A stretch of DNA of 64,000 nucleotides from Paraspadella gotoi (taxonomy: Eukaryota; Animalia; Chaetognatha). The stretch is taken from NCBI GenBank assembly GCA_051294375.1, contig CM119265.1, positions 27,734,511 to 27,798,510 on the forward strand, in the 5' to 3' direction. The notes beneath the pieces were generated by a model. The model searched no databases. It was not told the DNA's origin and worked only from the letters and a program-made list of their open reading frames with translations. The position numbers were made by a program, and so were the translations under genes. Positions within the stretch are counted from its first letter, which is position 1, and each line of letters opens with the position of its first letter. Below are positions 29,019 to 43,642 of the stretch, piece by piece.

Positions 29019-32000
29019 AGGAGGATAAAGTAAGCGGGTGATAAAGTGGATATTTAAGGGCGAGAAGAGAAAGTTGGTGAGAGATTGGTGAAAATAGAGA
29101 GGCAGTGCAAAGGTCTGAAAAAAAGAGAAGAATAAAGAGAATCTGAAATAGAAAATAAAAAAGAGAGGATTTTGAAAGTAAATGTAAAAAAAAAAGATTG
29201 TGATATGTAAGGTGGGTCCAGATCCATGGTCAATGGTCAAGGGTCATTGTCATTGGTCATGGCGGGAGAAAAAAACAGAGTCCGGGTTAAAAACAAATCT
29301 CCTTGAGATAGAGTAAAAACAAAAGGGACTAAAGAGAGAGAGAGAGAGAGAGAGAGAGTGAATAAAAAAAAAGAAGTTTGACGTCATTCGACTGAGTAAC
29401 TTGTTTACAATTTAAATTATGTTACAATCGTCGGTGGTGAATTTCCAATTTTCCCATCCTTTTTCCCATCTTCCCTATTTTTTTATATTTTTATTCATTT
29501 TAATTGCGCCGCGGAGTACTCGCGAGCAACTCTATAAGTCCTTTTTCGTCGATCTGTCCGGGTCCGGTCCGTCGGTTGGTTGTCTGTCCGCCTGTCCTGT
29601 CCTATTAATTAAAATGCAATATAATGTGCCTATATTTGTTAAACAGAAAAAACCTCAAAATCTAAAGAGACTGCTAGCGCCACCCTTCAGCGATTCCTAA
29701 AAATATAGGAATAAAGACGGAATAATGAATAAAAAAAAAACGNNNNNNNNNNNNNNNNNNNNNNNNNGAGATGCATTTTTATTCCGGTTTTTTCTTTTTT
29801 ATTTTCCGTTTTTATTTCCCCTTAAACTCTTCTTTTTCCCGATAAAATTCGAAAAGGCAATCCTTTTATCTTCTCTCGCTCTCTCTCTGTCTCTTCGTCT
29901 CCGTCTCTCTCTCTCTCTTTCTCATCGTTTTTTCCTTGGACGCTTAAACGACAGAGAGAGAGATCCAGAATTCATATTTGACTGGCGAGACATTTTTTAC
30001 GTCTTGATTCGGGCCATAAAACCTTCAGCCAATCTCCCCATTTAATCGCGCGGGACTGACGTGTCTGTCTGTCCGTCTAACGGACCATTTGACATTTCAA
30101 GTTCCTCAGTTTGTCGTAAAAGTCTGAAATTGTTTTAATAATATTTCGTCCATCTGTCAATCTGTTTGTTGAATCATGAGTAAAAACATTTCTCTATCTC
30201 TTGTAAGTCACTCTTCTTAGGTTACTCTGCTATGACTCTCTCTCTCACTCTTGCTCTCACTCTCTCCTCCTCTCTCACTCTCGCATCTCTCTCCTCCTCT
30301 CTCTCTCTCTCTCTCTCATCCCAATACTCCGAGAGAAAGTGGCAATCTTCTCTCCTTCTCTCTTCTACGAAACGCCGGGACGTTACGCGCCTCGCAAAGA
30401 GGAAACACACAAAAATACCGTTTAAGGCTCCATTTTTCTTTCCAGGCCGTTGCATTCCTCCCATGATCCAAAGTCGAGCATATTACTTGAGTTCGCGGGA
30501 CCCAATTTCGGTCACGTCTATTGTTTTCCCGGCTGCGCGGCTATCTGTTCTCCTCCGTCCGCGCTCAGAGTTCTGCGAGTACCCGAACGCCGAAACCTGA
30601 CCCGACGGGTCATTCTTTCTCTTCTCTTTGCCTCTTTTCCTCCCTCTCCACCGCGGCATCCGAGAGCTTAATGATCAGGTCGCGCGATACCCAGACGAGC
30701 TGAAAGTCGCGGATCAGCCACTCTTTCTTCTTATTCCTTTAATCTCTAAAAGAAATAAAAAATAGTAACAAATAAAACGTAAGATAAAAAAATATATAAA
30801 CAAAAAGGAAGGAAAAATAAACAAATTCCTAAGTGAAAAAAATATTGTTCACAGACTCTCTCCTCTTCTCTATTTATTTTATTTTTTTAAATTTCTGACT
30901 ATTCTTTTTTTTCCCTTAATTATTTGTTTCTTCTATTTTTTTTTAACTTTTCATTTGTATGCATTTGTAATTTAATATTGTTTTCAACTGAACAAAAAAA
31001 TACAATTGTCTATTATCTATGATATTAAAAATGATTAAATAAGAATAGCTGGCTGGTGAAATGTTAGGCTTCCAGACAACTGTTTTGCTCGGGCTTTTGT
31101 TTCAGCTTATGCTCCACTCTCGCACTCCTGCGTAAAAAAGCGACCTCTCGAAAGCAATTCAGGTGGCAAAGGCAGCTTTCCAGACCAAAAGACAGAGTTA
31201 AAAACGTTTGAGGCGTAAGGACGTTTTTTTGTTCGCAAAAAATTGAATTTAGGTAATCGGACATTTAAACTTAAAAGAAAAGAAAATCATTAACAATGTA
31301 TTAAGTGAGGACAAAAAAATATTTGTTTATTTTGCAGTGTTAGAAAATTAAATTAAGATAATTATAAAAATTAAAAAATTTCATAGATTAGAGTGAATTG
31401 AACACTGATGGAAGCCTTAAACCACCAAAGCCTGTCCAAAGTCAGGGGCATAAATAGCTTATTTATTAAATGAATGGATAACCTTTTAATATTGATTGAA
31501 CCAATTTCATAATCCATTATTAGTAAAAGGAAGTGTTGTGAAGAGAAATCACAAGCGCCGCAACAATTGGACTTGCTGGGTTTCTTGTTTAATTCGTTAT
31601 TATGCTTTAAATTTTGATGCAATAGGCAAACGTTTTCAATTATTTTTAATAATAATTAATTTTTGTGGCACTAGATTTTAAATTTTTTTAATAATTTTTT
31701 TGTAACAACACTTTTATTTTTATTTCTTAATCGCCTATTACTAATTTTATATTAACATAAAAAAAATCTTGGAAAATTTTTTTTTTTGCCAGCCAAAATA
31801 GATAACTAGAAAAACCAATGATGTTAAAAACATTCAAACATTGTAATTAATTTCATATCTCCTCTCTCCTTTGTCAATTTTTTCCAACACGTCAGTGTTT
31901 TAGTCAGACAATAGCGCTTGTATTCCAAAAGTTATTTTATAATATGAAGGTTAGTTTTTTTTCCCAAAAAAAAATTATTGTGAAATTAAAATGAAAGAAT

Positions 32001-34794
32001 GTACCCAAAGAAAACAAAAACAATGTTTTACATTTCATTTTGTTTATAATTTAATAATAATATTTTTAAGAAAATAAAGTAAAAAAATTTTCCCGTCCGC
32101 GACCACGATCTCCGGACGTGATCGCTGTTGATCCGCGGATTTCTCCGCATCAGAGATAAATTTCTCTGATCCGCGACCCTCGGAAGTCCGCGGCGCAAGA
32201 TGGCCGGTCCGACGTGGTCCGGCCCATTGGTGGACAAAAGGCTCGCGTGTCCGGACACCATGGCTTCTTAGCCCGGAATCTCGAGTATACCCATGCAAAG
32301 TCGTCTCTCTCCTCTCTCTCCATTCTCTCTCATCTTCTCTCTCTCTCTCGTCTCTCTCTCTTCTCTTTCTCTCTCTGCGACCTTTCATCAGGCTCGTCTG
32401 CCCTTGCCTCGCTTTCAACTCCGTAGCAACGTTGACTGGTTCAATCACAAGAAAATCTTAACAATCTATGTATCACTATCAGATTCTGATAAAATAGCTC
32501 TCTCCCATTAATATATATTTTTTTTCACATTTAGATTATCTAAAAAAAATAATAGAGAAATAATCAATTAATACATAATCAAGATTATAGAATTTGTAAT
32601 AAGTAATTTTTATAAATATTTAAAATCAAAAACTTAAAATAGTGTAACAAGTAATTTTTTCAAATTTTCATAAACATATTCGCATCGACCTGAGAACCAA
32701 GTTAATTCGCTCAGTTTCGCCTCAGTGTTTATTCCAAGATTTATTTAATGAACGTTTTAATAATTAACTAAACATTTGACATTTATGTTTCTCCTTTCAA
32801 CCGAATTAAACTTTTAAATTGCTTTCTTTTTGTTCAGCATTAACTCTTTAATGATTAGGCAAAAAAAGGCTTAAATTTAGTTTCCAAGGTCTTTTCGGTT
32901 CTTTTGCTTCGAGATTAGTTCCTCTGATTAAAAACCTTACGAGCTGAGGTTCGATACTTTAAAAATAGAAGGACAGGAGAGGAAGGAAAAAAGAAAGAAA
33001 GAAAAGAAGGAAGGAAAGAAAGAAAGAAATAGCAAGGAATGCAAGGATGGATGGATTGGATTTAAAAAAAAGGGAAAAAATGAGAAAGGAATTAACAACA
33101 AATCTGTTATTTATAAAAAATATATTGTTTTTGTTGGCCATTTCGTCGGCATAAAGATCATTACGATGAAAGGTACATATAAGAGAAACATTATGCTACT
33201 TGTTATCTTCTTTATAAGTCAAAAATGGTTGCATAGAAAAGTGGCATAAAATATGGCGGAGCGAGAAGTAAACAGATGGCAGAAGACAGGAGTGAGTTGG
33301 CTTGGGATGAAATAGTCTTAGGATGGCTGCATTGCTTTTCTTCTTCCAAGATCTCTCTCTCTCTTCTCTGCTCACTACCTCTCCTCTCGTCTCTCTCTCT
33401 CTCTCCATCTCTCTCTCTATCTCTCTCCGTCTCTCATTCTCTCTCTCAACCTAGATGAGCCTCGTTCCATCGATCCAGATTTCAGGTTTCTTTTCTCTTT
33501 CACAGCAAGAATTCTCTCTCCTCTCCCCTCTCGCGTCTCCTTCTCTCTCTCTCTATCTCTCTCTTCATCTCTCTCAGTCTCTCTCTCTCTCTTCATTCTC
33601 AGACATAACATTTTTTCTTTCCCCTGGAAGTGTTCTCTCCCCAGCAGCGCAGTTATGGAAAATGTCTCTTCTCTCGTTTGACGCGATTGTAATTGATTCG
33701 CAGATATTCAGGCGCCAGTTTTCTTTTTTCTCCTTTTTTTTTTTTTTTTTTTCTTTCCTTTTTTATCCGCATTTCCTTTTTCCTTTTTTTTTTCTTTTTC
33801 CTTTTCTTTCTCTTCTTTTATTTAGCGCGCCGGCCATTTTTAGGACCTTTTAATGAGTTTTTTTTTGAAGTCGTCATACGTCATTTTTTGTTAAGAGGGC
33901 ATATTTTTAATGTTTTTTTAATATGTTTATTTTTTGTCTCCTCGTTCATTTTTTAAATATGTCAAAGTGCGCGATCTTTAAATTCCATTCTGCATTTACT
34001 AGTACCTATATTTTTATTTGTCAATCAGTATTTTATTTGTTCAATTCCATATAGTTGCAACTTATTGAACTGAACTTGCCAATCTCTCTCTCTCTCTCTC
34101 GTCACCCCTCTCTCATCTCCTCTCTCTCTCTCTTCCGGTTCGGCGGCCGCCACCAAGCCTCACTTTGTTAAAGAAAAAGAAGAAGAAAGAAAAAAAATGG
34201 CTAAAAGTTTGGCAAAAAATATTGTGCATAAAGGAAAACTAATTTCGCCTGTGGAGCTTAGCGCTAGGGGGCCATTAAATCGGGAGAAAATGAACAACAA
34301 CTACCGTGCTGGCTTTAAAGGAGGGAAGAGAACAAAGAGAGGAAAGGGAGGAAGAGGAGGAAGAAAAAAAGGAGACAAGAAAGGGAGGAAGGAGGGAAGG
34401 AAGGAAAAGAAATAGATCACCGCGCAACCGTGCTGTGATTAAAAAGGAAAAAGGAAGGAAGAAAGAGGAGGAGAGAAGAAAGGAGGAAAGAAGGAAAGGG
34501 AAGAAGAAGAAAAAGGAGGAAGAGGATAGAGAGAGAAAAAAATACAACAGCTGCCGTATAAAGGAGCAAAGAACGAAGGGAGTGAAAGGAAAGATAAGGG
34601 AAAGGAAGAAAACAGAAAGAAGAGGAGAAGGAAGAAGAAAAGGAACCGGAAGAGGAAGGGAAGAGTATGACGCGGGAGGTCCATGAAAAAAAAAGGAAGT
34701 GGATTTGGAAAGATCGGGTGAGGGAGATCCGCCAAGAAATTGGGTCGAGCTGGAAAAAGCTGAGGAGAGGGAGATGAGGAAGAGAGAGAGAGAG

Positions 34795-34826
<32 letters not shown>

Positions 34827-35138
34827 CAGAGAGAGAGAGAGAGAGAACGAAGAAACAGAAAAAGGCAATTCTCTTCGCTAAGCTCGAATTAATTAAGGGA
34901 AAAAGTGGAATAAAAGAAGAAAAAAAAGTACAAAAAAAGAAGAAAAATTTAAAAAAAAAATAAAACATTACATTAATATAAGAAAAGTTAAAGGCAAAAA
35001 AGAAGGTGGAAATCTTACAATTGGTTCAGAGGCCTGGACATCCAAACCGCCGAAGGCCCAAGAAAAAGTTCTCATAAGAAGATAATGAAAACTTATGAAA
35101 AAGATGAGATAAGAAACATTAAAAAAAGATTTAGAGAG

Positions 35139-35192
<54 letters not shown>

Positions 35193-38100
35193 TTTGCGAC
35201 AGAGTAGGTCAGCGTGAGGGAATCGTCGTTGCGCCAAACTTACCTTTGTACAAAAGCGACATAAATCGCGAAACGACTTAAAGAAGCAATAAAATGCAAG
35301 GTGATTGGAGTGTGGGATACATGAGAGGGAGAGAGAGAGAGAGAGAGAAGAGAGAGAGAGAAGAGAGAGAGAGAGAGGGGAATAAAGTAAGCGGGTTGAT
35401 AAAGTGGATAATTTAAGGGCGAGAAAGAGAAAGTTGGTGAGAGATTGGTGAAAATAGAGAGGCAGTGACAAAGGGTCATGAAAAAAAGAGAATGACATAA
35501 AAGAGAATCTGAAATAGAATAAAAAAGAGAGGATTTTGAAAAGTAAATGTAAAAAAAAAATGATTGTGATATGTAAGTGGTCAGATCCATCGGTCAATGG
35601 TCAAGGGTCATTGTCATTGGTGCATGGCGGGAGAAAAAAACAGAGTCCGGGTTAAAAACAAATCTCCTTGAGATAGAGTAAAAACAAAAGGGACTAAGAG
35701 AGAGAGAGAGAGAGAGAGAGAGTGAATAAAAAAAAAAAGTTTTGACGTCATTCGACTGAGTACACTTGTTTACAATTAATTATGTTACATTCGTCGGTGG
35801 TGAATTTCCAGATTTTCCTCCTCTTTTCTCCATCTTCCCTATTTTTTTATATTTTTTATCATTTTAATTGCGCCGCGAGTACTCGCGAGCAAACTCTATA
35901 AGCACATTTTTCGTCGATCTGTCCGGGTCCGGTCCGTCGGTTGGTTTGTCTGTCCGTCTGGTCTGTCCTATTTACATTAAAAATGCATAATAATTTGCCT
36001 ATATTTTGTTAAGACAGAAAAAAACCTCAAAATCTAAGAGACTGCTAGGCGCCACCTTCAGGAATTCCAAAAATATGGAATAAAAGACGGAATAATGAAT
36101 AAAAAAAAAACGNNNNNNNNNNNNNNNNNNNNNNNNNGCCTCGCAAAGAGGAAACACAAAAATACGTTAAGGCTCCATTTTTCTTCCAGGCCGTTGCATT
36201 CCTCCCATATCCAAACAGTCACGAAGGCATTACTTCGAATGTTCGCTCTCGGAAAACCCGCACAATTTCGGCGGGGTCAACTCTATAAGAACAGATCAAC
36301 TCTATTGTTTTCCGAAGCTCGGACCGGCTATTATTCGTCCTCCGTCCGCGGCTCAGTTCAGCGGGACTGACCCGAACCTGACCCCGACGGGTCATTTCTC
36401 TTCTCTTTCTGCTTCTCATTGTCTCCCCGCAATCTCCAATCCGCAAGGGCGATCCAGGGCTTTAATGATCAGAGTCCGCAGATACCGACGGAGCTGAAAG
36501 TCGCGGATCAGAGACTCTTTTCTTCTCTTTCCTTTAATCTCAAAAGAATAAAAATAGGAAAAAAAAATAAAATGATAAATAAATAAATAAACAAAAAAAG
36601 AGAAGAAGGAAATAAATAAACAAATTCACTAGTTGAAAAAAATATGTCACAGACTCTCTCTCTTCTCTACATTATTTATTTATTTTTTTATAAATTTTTC
36701 TGACTTATTCTTTTTTCCCTTAATTGTTTTCTATTTTTTTTTAATTTCATTTGTATCATTTGTATTTAATATTTTTTCAACTGAAACAAAAAAAATACAA
36801 TTTCTATTATAAATGATTAAAAATGATTAAAAAGAAATACTGGCTGGTGAAATGTTTAGGATTCCAGACAACTGTTTTTGCTCGGTGCTTTTGTTTCAGC
36901 TTGCTCCAACTCTCCGACTCTCGGTATAAAGCGACCTCATCAAAACAATTCGGTGCAAAGGCAGCTTTCCCAGAACAAAAGACAGAGTTAAAAACTTTGC
37001 TAGACTTTTTTCCAAAAAAATTGATATTTAGGGTAATCGGAATTTAAATTAAAAGAAAGAAATCAATTAAATGTTATTAAGTGAGAAAAAAAATTTTGTT
37101 TTATTTGCAGTGTTAATAAATTTAAATTAAATAAATATAATAAAAATTAAAAATTCATAATTAAGATGAATTGAAACCTGATGGAAGCCTTAAACCACCA
37201 AAGCCTGTCCAAAGTCAGGGGCAATAGCTTATTATTAAATGAAATGATAACTTTTATATTGATTGAACCAATTTCATAAGTCATTTATTAGTAAAAGGAA
37301 GTGTTGTAAGAGAAATCACAGCGCCGCAACAATTGGACTTGCTGGTGTTTCTGTTTAATCGTGATATTGACTTTAAAATTTGATGCAAGAGCAAACGTTT
37401 TCAATATTTTTTAATAAAAATTATTTTGTGCACTATTTTAAATTTTTTTAATAATTTTTTTGATAAACAAATTATTTTTATTTCTTAATCGCCTATAACT
37501 AATTTATATAACATAAAAATTTTGATTTTTGCCAGCCAAAATAGATAACTAGAAAAACCAATGATGTTAAAAACAATTCAAACATTGTAATTAAGTTCAT
37601 CTCTCTCTCTCTTTGTCAATTTTTTCCAACGTCAGTTTTTAGGTCAGACAATAGCTTGTATTCCAAAAGTTATTTTATAATTATGAGTTAGTTTTTTCCA
37701 AAAAAAAATATTGTGAAATTTAAAATGAAAGAATGTACCCCAAAAAGAAACAAAAACAATGTTTACATTACATTTTTTTATAATTTAATATAATATTTTA
37801 AAGAAAAATAAGTAAAAAATATTTTCCCTGTCCGCGACCACGATCTCCGACGTGATCCTGTTGATCCGCGGATTTCTCCCGATCAAGAGATTAATCTTCT
37901 CTGAATCCGCGACCTCGAGTCCGGCGGCGGCAAAGATTGGCCGGCCGACGTGGTCGCGGCCATGGTGGACAAAAGGCTCGGTGTCCGGACACCATGGCTT
38001 CTTAGCCGCGAATACTCGAGATAGACCATGCCAAAGTCCCGTCTCTCTCTCTTCTCTTCTTCTCTTCTCTCTCTCTCTACTCTCTCTCTCTCTCTCTTTC

Positions 38101-40988
38101 TCTCTCAGACCTTTCTCAGGCTCGTTCAGCCCTTGCCTCGCTTTTCAACTCCGTAGCAACGGTTGACTGTTAATCCAAGAAAATCTTAACAATCTTATGT
38201 ATCACTATCAGGTTCTGATAAAATAGCTCTCTTCCCATTAATAATATATTTTTCACATTTAGATTATCTAAAAAAAAATAATAAGAAATAATAATAATAA
38301 TAATCAAAATTATAGAATTTGTAATAAGTAATTTTATAAATATTTTAAATCAAAAACTTAAAATAGTTGTAACAAGTATTTTTTAAATTTTCATAAACAT
38401 TATCCATGACCTGAGAACCAATTCAATTCGCTCATTTCCTCAGTGTTATCCAAGATTTATTAATGAACGTTTAATAATTAACTAACTTTGACATTTATGT
38501 TTCTCCTTTCAACCGAATTAAAACTTAAATTGCTTTCTTTTGTTCACATTTAACTCTTTAATGATTAGCAAAAAAGGCTAAATTTAGTTCCAAGGTCTTT
38601 CGGTTCTTTTGCTTCGAGATTTGACGTTTTAATGATTAAAAACTTATGCTGATGATGTTCGATATAAAAATAGAAGGAAGGAAGGAAGGAGAGAAAAAGA
38701 AGAAAGAAAAGAAGAAGGAAAGAAAGAAAGAAATGCAGGAATGCAAGGATGGATGGATGGATTTAAAAAAAGGGAAAAAAATGAGAAAAGGAATTAACAA
38801 CAATTGTTATTTTAAAAATATATTGTTTTTTTGCCATTTTCGTCAAAACATATACGATGAAAGTACATATAAGAGAAACATATTGCACTTTATCTTCTTT
38901 ATAAGTCAAAATGGCATAAAAAGTGGCATAAAATATGGCGGAGGAGAGTAAAGATGGCAGAAGAGAGTGAGTTGGCTTGGGATGAAAATGATCTTAGGAT
39001 GGCGCTCGCATTGCTTTTCTTCTCTTCCAAATAGACTGCTCTCTTTCTCTCTCTCACTCTCCTCTCTCTCGTTCCCTCTCTCCGCGCTGCTCTCTCTCTC
39101 TCTGCTCTCTTCTCTCTCTCTCTCTCTCTCTCAACCTAATGAGCCTCGTTCATCGATCAGATTCAGTTTCTTTTTGCTCTTTCAAAGACGGAAAGAAAGA
39201 GATTTCTCTGCTCTTCTCTCGTCCTCTCTCACGATCTGCGTCTCGATCTCCTCGCCTCTCTCAGTCTCTCTCTCTCTCTCTCTCATCGTGCTCTCTCTCT
39301 CCTCTCTATTCTTTCAAGACATAACATTTTTCTCCCTGGAAGTGTTCTCTCCCCCACAGCAGTTATGGAAAAATGTCTCTCTCTCGTTTGACGCGATTTG
39401 AATTGATTCGCAGATATTCAGTCGCCATTTCCTTTTTTTCCTTTTTTTTCTTTTTTCCTTTTTTTCTCTTTTTCCTTTTTCCTTTTTTTTTCTTTTTCCT
39501 TTTCTTTCTTTTTTATATTTCCGCCGCCATTTTTAGACTTTTATGAGTTTTTTTTGAGTCGTCATATCATTTTTTTTGTTAAAGGGCATTTTTAATGTTT
39601 TTATATGTTTATTTTTTCTCCTCGTTATTTTTTAAAAATATCAAATGCGCATCTTTAAATTCATTCTGCATTTATAGTACCTATATTTTTTATTTGTCAA
39701 TCAGATATTTATTTGTTCAAACATATATTCAACTATTGAACTGAACTTGCCAATCTCTCTCTCTCTCTCTCTCCCCCTCTCTCTCTCTCTCTCTCTCTCT
39801 CTTCCGGTTCGGCCGTCCACCAAGCCTCAATTTGTTAAAAAAAAAGGAAGAAAAGAAAAAAAATGGATAAAAGTTGCAAAAATATTGTGATAAGGAAACT
39901 AATTTACGCTGTGGAGCTTAGCGCTAGGGGGCCATTAAATCGGGGAAAGAAAATGAACAACAGCTACCGTGCTGAGCTTAAAGGAGGAAGAGAACAAAAG
40001 AGAGGAAAGGGAGGAAGAGGAGGAAGAAAAGAAAGGAGAAAGAAGGAGGAAGGAGGAAGGAAGGAAAAGAAATAATCAACAGCAACCGTGCTGTGATTAA
40101 AAAAGGAAAAAGGAAGGAAGAAAAGAGGGAGAGAAGAAAAAGGAGGAAAGAGGAAAGGGAAGAAGAAGAAAAAAGGAGGAAGGAGGAAAGAGAGAGAAAA
40201 AAATACAACAGCTGCCGTCTAAAGGAGCAAAGAACGAAGGGAGGAAAGGAAAGATAAGGGAAAGGAAGAAAAACAGAAAGAAGAGGAGAAGGAAGAAGAA
40301 AAGGAACCGGAAGAGGAAGAGGAAGAGTAGATCCGGGAGGTCCAGAAAAAAAAGGAAGTGATTTGGAAAAGATCGGGTGAGGGAGATCCCGCCAAGAAAT
40401 TGGNNNNNNNNNNNNNNNNNNNNNNNNNNNNNNNNNNNNNNNNNNNNNNNNNNNNNNNNNNNNNNNNNNNNNNNNNNNNNNNNNNNNNNNNNNNNNNNNN
40501 NNNNNNNNNNNNNNNNNNNNNNNNNNNNNNNNNNNNNNNNNNNNNNNNNNNNNNNNNNNNNNNNNNNNNNNNNNNNNNNNNNNNNNNNNNNNNNNNNNNN
40601 NNNNNNNNNNNNNNNNNNNNNNNNNNNNNNNNNNNNNNNNNNNNNNNNNNNNNNNNNNNNNNNNNNNNNNNNNNNNNNNNNNNNNNNNNNNNNNNNNNNN
40701 NNNNNNNNNNNNNNNNNNNNNNNNNNNNNNNNNNNNNNNNNNNNNNNNNNNNNNNNNNNNNNNNNNNNNNNNNNNNNNNNNNNNNNNNNNNNNNNNNNNN
40801 NNNNNNNNNNNNNNNNNNNNNNNNNNNNNNNNNNNNNNNNNNNNNNNNNNNNNNNNNNNNNNNNNNNNNNNNNNNNNNNNNNNNNNNNNNNNNNNNNNNN
40901 NNNNNNNNNNNNNNNNNNNAGAAAAAGTCCATAAGAAGATAATGAAAACTTATGAAAAAGATGAGATTAAGAACATTAAAAAAGATAT

Positions 40989-41033
<45 letters not shown>

Positions 41034-41752
41034 AGTAAGCGTGAATGAAAGTGGATATTTAAGGGCGAGAAAGAGAAAGTTGGTGAGAGATGGTGAAATA
41101 GAGAGGCAGTGACAAAGGGTCTGAAAAAAAGAGAATGAATAAAGAGAATCTGAAATAGAAAATAAAAAAGAGAGGATTTTGAAAGTAAATGTAAAAAAAA
41201 AATGATTGTGATATGTAAGTGGGTCAGATCATCGGTCAATGGTCAAGGGTCATTGGTCATTGGTCATGGCGGGAGAAAAAAACAGAGTCCGGGTTAAAAA
41301 CAAAATCTCCTTGAGATAGAGTAAAAACAAAAGGGACTAAGAGAGAGAGAGAGAGAGAGAGAGAGTGAATAAAAAAAAAGAGTTTGACGTCATTCGACTG
41401 AGTAACTTGTTTACAATTTAAATTATGTTACAATCTCGTCGGTGGTGAATTTCCAATTTTCCCTCCTTTTCCCATCTTCCCTATTTTTTTTATATTTTTT
41501 ATCATTTTTAATTGCGCCGCGAGTACTCGCGGAGCAACTCTATAAGTCACTTTTCGGTCGATCTGTCGGTCGGTCCGTCGGTTGGTTTGTCTGTCCGTCT
41601 GGTCTGTCCTATTTACATTAAAAATGCATATAATTTGCCTATATTTGTTAAGACAGAAAAAAACCTCAAATCTAAGAGACTGCTAGCGCCACCTTCAGGA
41701 ATTCCTAAAAATATAAGGAATAAAAGACGGAATATGATAAAAAAAAAAAACG
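23390..41752 (+). repeat. Three tandem near-identical copies of a ~6 kb segment (23390-29742, 29768-36112, 36138-41752), probable assembly artefact
   Basis: Collinear landmarks recur three times; all copies end at AAAAAAAAAACG; copies separated by exactly 25 N (29743-29767, 36113-36137); differences are mostly 1-bp indels. Confidence 0.9.
41506..41700 (+). mobile_element. Helentron-associated (HINE/DINE-1-like) non-autonomous element, family A
   Basis: T-run, 5' hairpin TTGCGCCGCGAGTACTCGCGGAGCAA, then (GTCG/GTCT/GTCC)n tetramer tract; same element at ~29500 and ~35865 (triplicated block) and independent copy at 42031. Confidence 0.6.
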
Positions 41753-42030
41753 TATGAAAATAAAGTTACTGCGGTGCAACACATGAATTACCATTCTTGT
41801 TTTTATTACAAAATGTTTTTTCTTCCCTTAGTTTTGTTTTTTAACGAAAGGAAGAACATCTTTACACTTAACATGTCGATGAGACTTCGAGACAAAACAC
41901 CGACACAAAACAAAAAAATAAAAAGAAAAAATATTTATCAAGAAAACATCGAAATTTTTGTTATTCCACTGCAAACAAAATCTGTTTGTCCAACGAGCGT
42001 AATCTTAAATTTATTGTGACATTGAAGTGT

Positions 42031-42166
42031 TTTTAGTTGCGCCGCGAGTACTCGTGGATCAACTCTAAAAGTAAATTTTTGGTCGGTCTGTCGGTCCATC
42101 TGTCTGTCGGTATGTCTGTCCGTCGGTCTGTCCCACTTACATTAAAATTGCATATAATTCGCCTAT
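42031..42166 (+). mobile_element. HINE-like family A, second independent copy
   Basis: TTTTAGTTGCGCCGCGAGTACTCGTGGATCAACT hairpin, GTCY/GTCG tetramers, TTACATTAAAA..GCATATAATT.GCCTAT shared with 41506-41700. Confidence 0.6.
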
Positions 42167-42578
42167 GCAGTGTTCCTATGCAGTGTGTATCTCATAAATA
42201 CATGGGCTATGAAAGGTATTGTAGTCATGTAGTCATGTCATGTCACATCATGTCATGACATGTCACGAGAAATACACGTGATAAGGCAGTCACTGCGGCG
42301 CAACACATTTGAATTACCGTTCTTGTTCTTTTCCCGCAAACGATACGTTTTCGTTTTAACTTGCCGACACGCCGGTTATTCTAATTACAAGGCTAATCAG
42401 CTCCAATATCGCGTTGCAGACGAAAATTTTGCTTCATCGCCGACGCACTATTTAATTTCGACCGACATTGATGAGCTTGTCTCTCTATCCACTCTACCGA
42501 CACAATTTCCTCCTCTGCCCGTCCAGGAGGCCGACAGAGAAGCTGCCAAAGAAGCCGCCAACTTTGCCGCTCCAGTTT

Positions 42579-42934
42579 GGCTCTCTTTTCTCAGAGCGTC
42601 CCATTTCTGTTCCTTTATCCCGGAATTTAATTTTAATTTTAATATTTAATCTAACCAATTAGACTTATAAGTTATAATACAACTCTTATCATTGACCCTA
42701 ATCCTAAACCGTAACCCAAATACTTTTTCATTAATTTCTAACTCTGACTTATAACCTAAACTCTAGTTCAAACACTAACTCTGATACCTATCATTAATTA
42801 TTAACTTAATCCATAACCCTAATCACTAACTTAATCCCTTGCCTAATCCTTAGCCCTAACCTAATATTTAATTTTTAAAATTAACTTAATCCCAAATTTA
42901 CGATATAATGAGGCGTTCTTGGATAATAGAGCCC
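42579..42934. mobile_element. MITE with ~23 bp imperfect TIRs and internal TAACC(C)T-rich repeats, copy 1
   Basis: Left GGCTCTCTTTTCTCAGAGCGTCC vs right GGCGTTCTTGGATAATAGAGCCC; subterminal CCCATTTCTGTTC...AATTTAATTTTAATTTTAATAT shared with the copy at 53073. Confidence 0.65.
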
Positions 42935-43642
42935 AAAGGGTTTCGATTTAATTTTTCTTGACGTTTTTTCGTTTTTCGGTTTTTGATTTCGATTTTCAGC
43001 TTCAAAAGATTCGACGCCACAAACGACGCCACGAACTACGACACAAACGACGCCACGCTGACACCACTAACAGCGAATCAGTGACGAATCCGCCACAGGG
43101 ACTGCGTCAAAGCGACAACACTTGGAGGCGTTGCTAGGTAAGGCGCCTAACATGTAGACGTCGATTGCCTGACTCTGAAAAAATACAGTAAATTAATTCT
43201 TGTTTTTTATTGTTGTTGTTGTTGTTGTTGTTATTTACGTGATCATCTAAAATTATGCAGTAAATTCCGTCGTGAATTTTTTAGATATAACTATGTATAA
43301 CTAAAACTATACGGAGTATACAATGTATACTATATTATACATAAAAATGAATACAAATACTTGTTTGGAAAAGAGAGTCTCTTAAATTCTTGGACCTGTT
43401 CAGACTTTCTTTTATTATCTCTCTCTCTCTCTCTNNNNNNNNNNNNNNNNNNNNNNNNNNNNNNNNNNNNNNNNNNNNNNNNNNNNNNNNNNNNNNNNNN
43501 NNNNNNNNNNNNNNNNNNNNNNNNNNNNNNNNNNNNNNNNNNNNNNNNNNNNNNNNNNNNNNNNNNNNNNNNNNNNNNNNNNNNNNNNNNNNNNNNNNNN
43601 NNNNNNNNNNNNNNNNNNNNNNNNNNNNNNNNNNNNNNNNNN

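Noticed and set aside
42260-42649. 129-aa plus-strand ORF
   Set aside because: Its 3' end runs into a MITE terminus and no family or splice-consistent model was recognised; coding status is not excluded but is unsupported.
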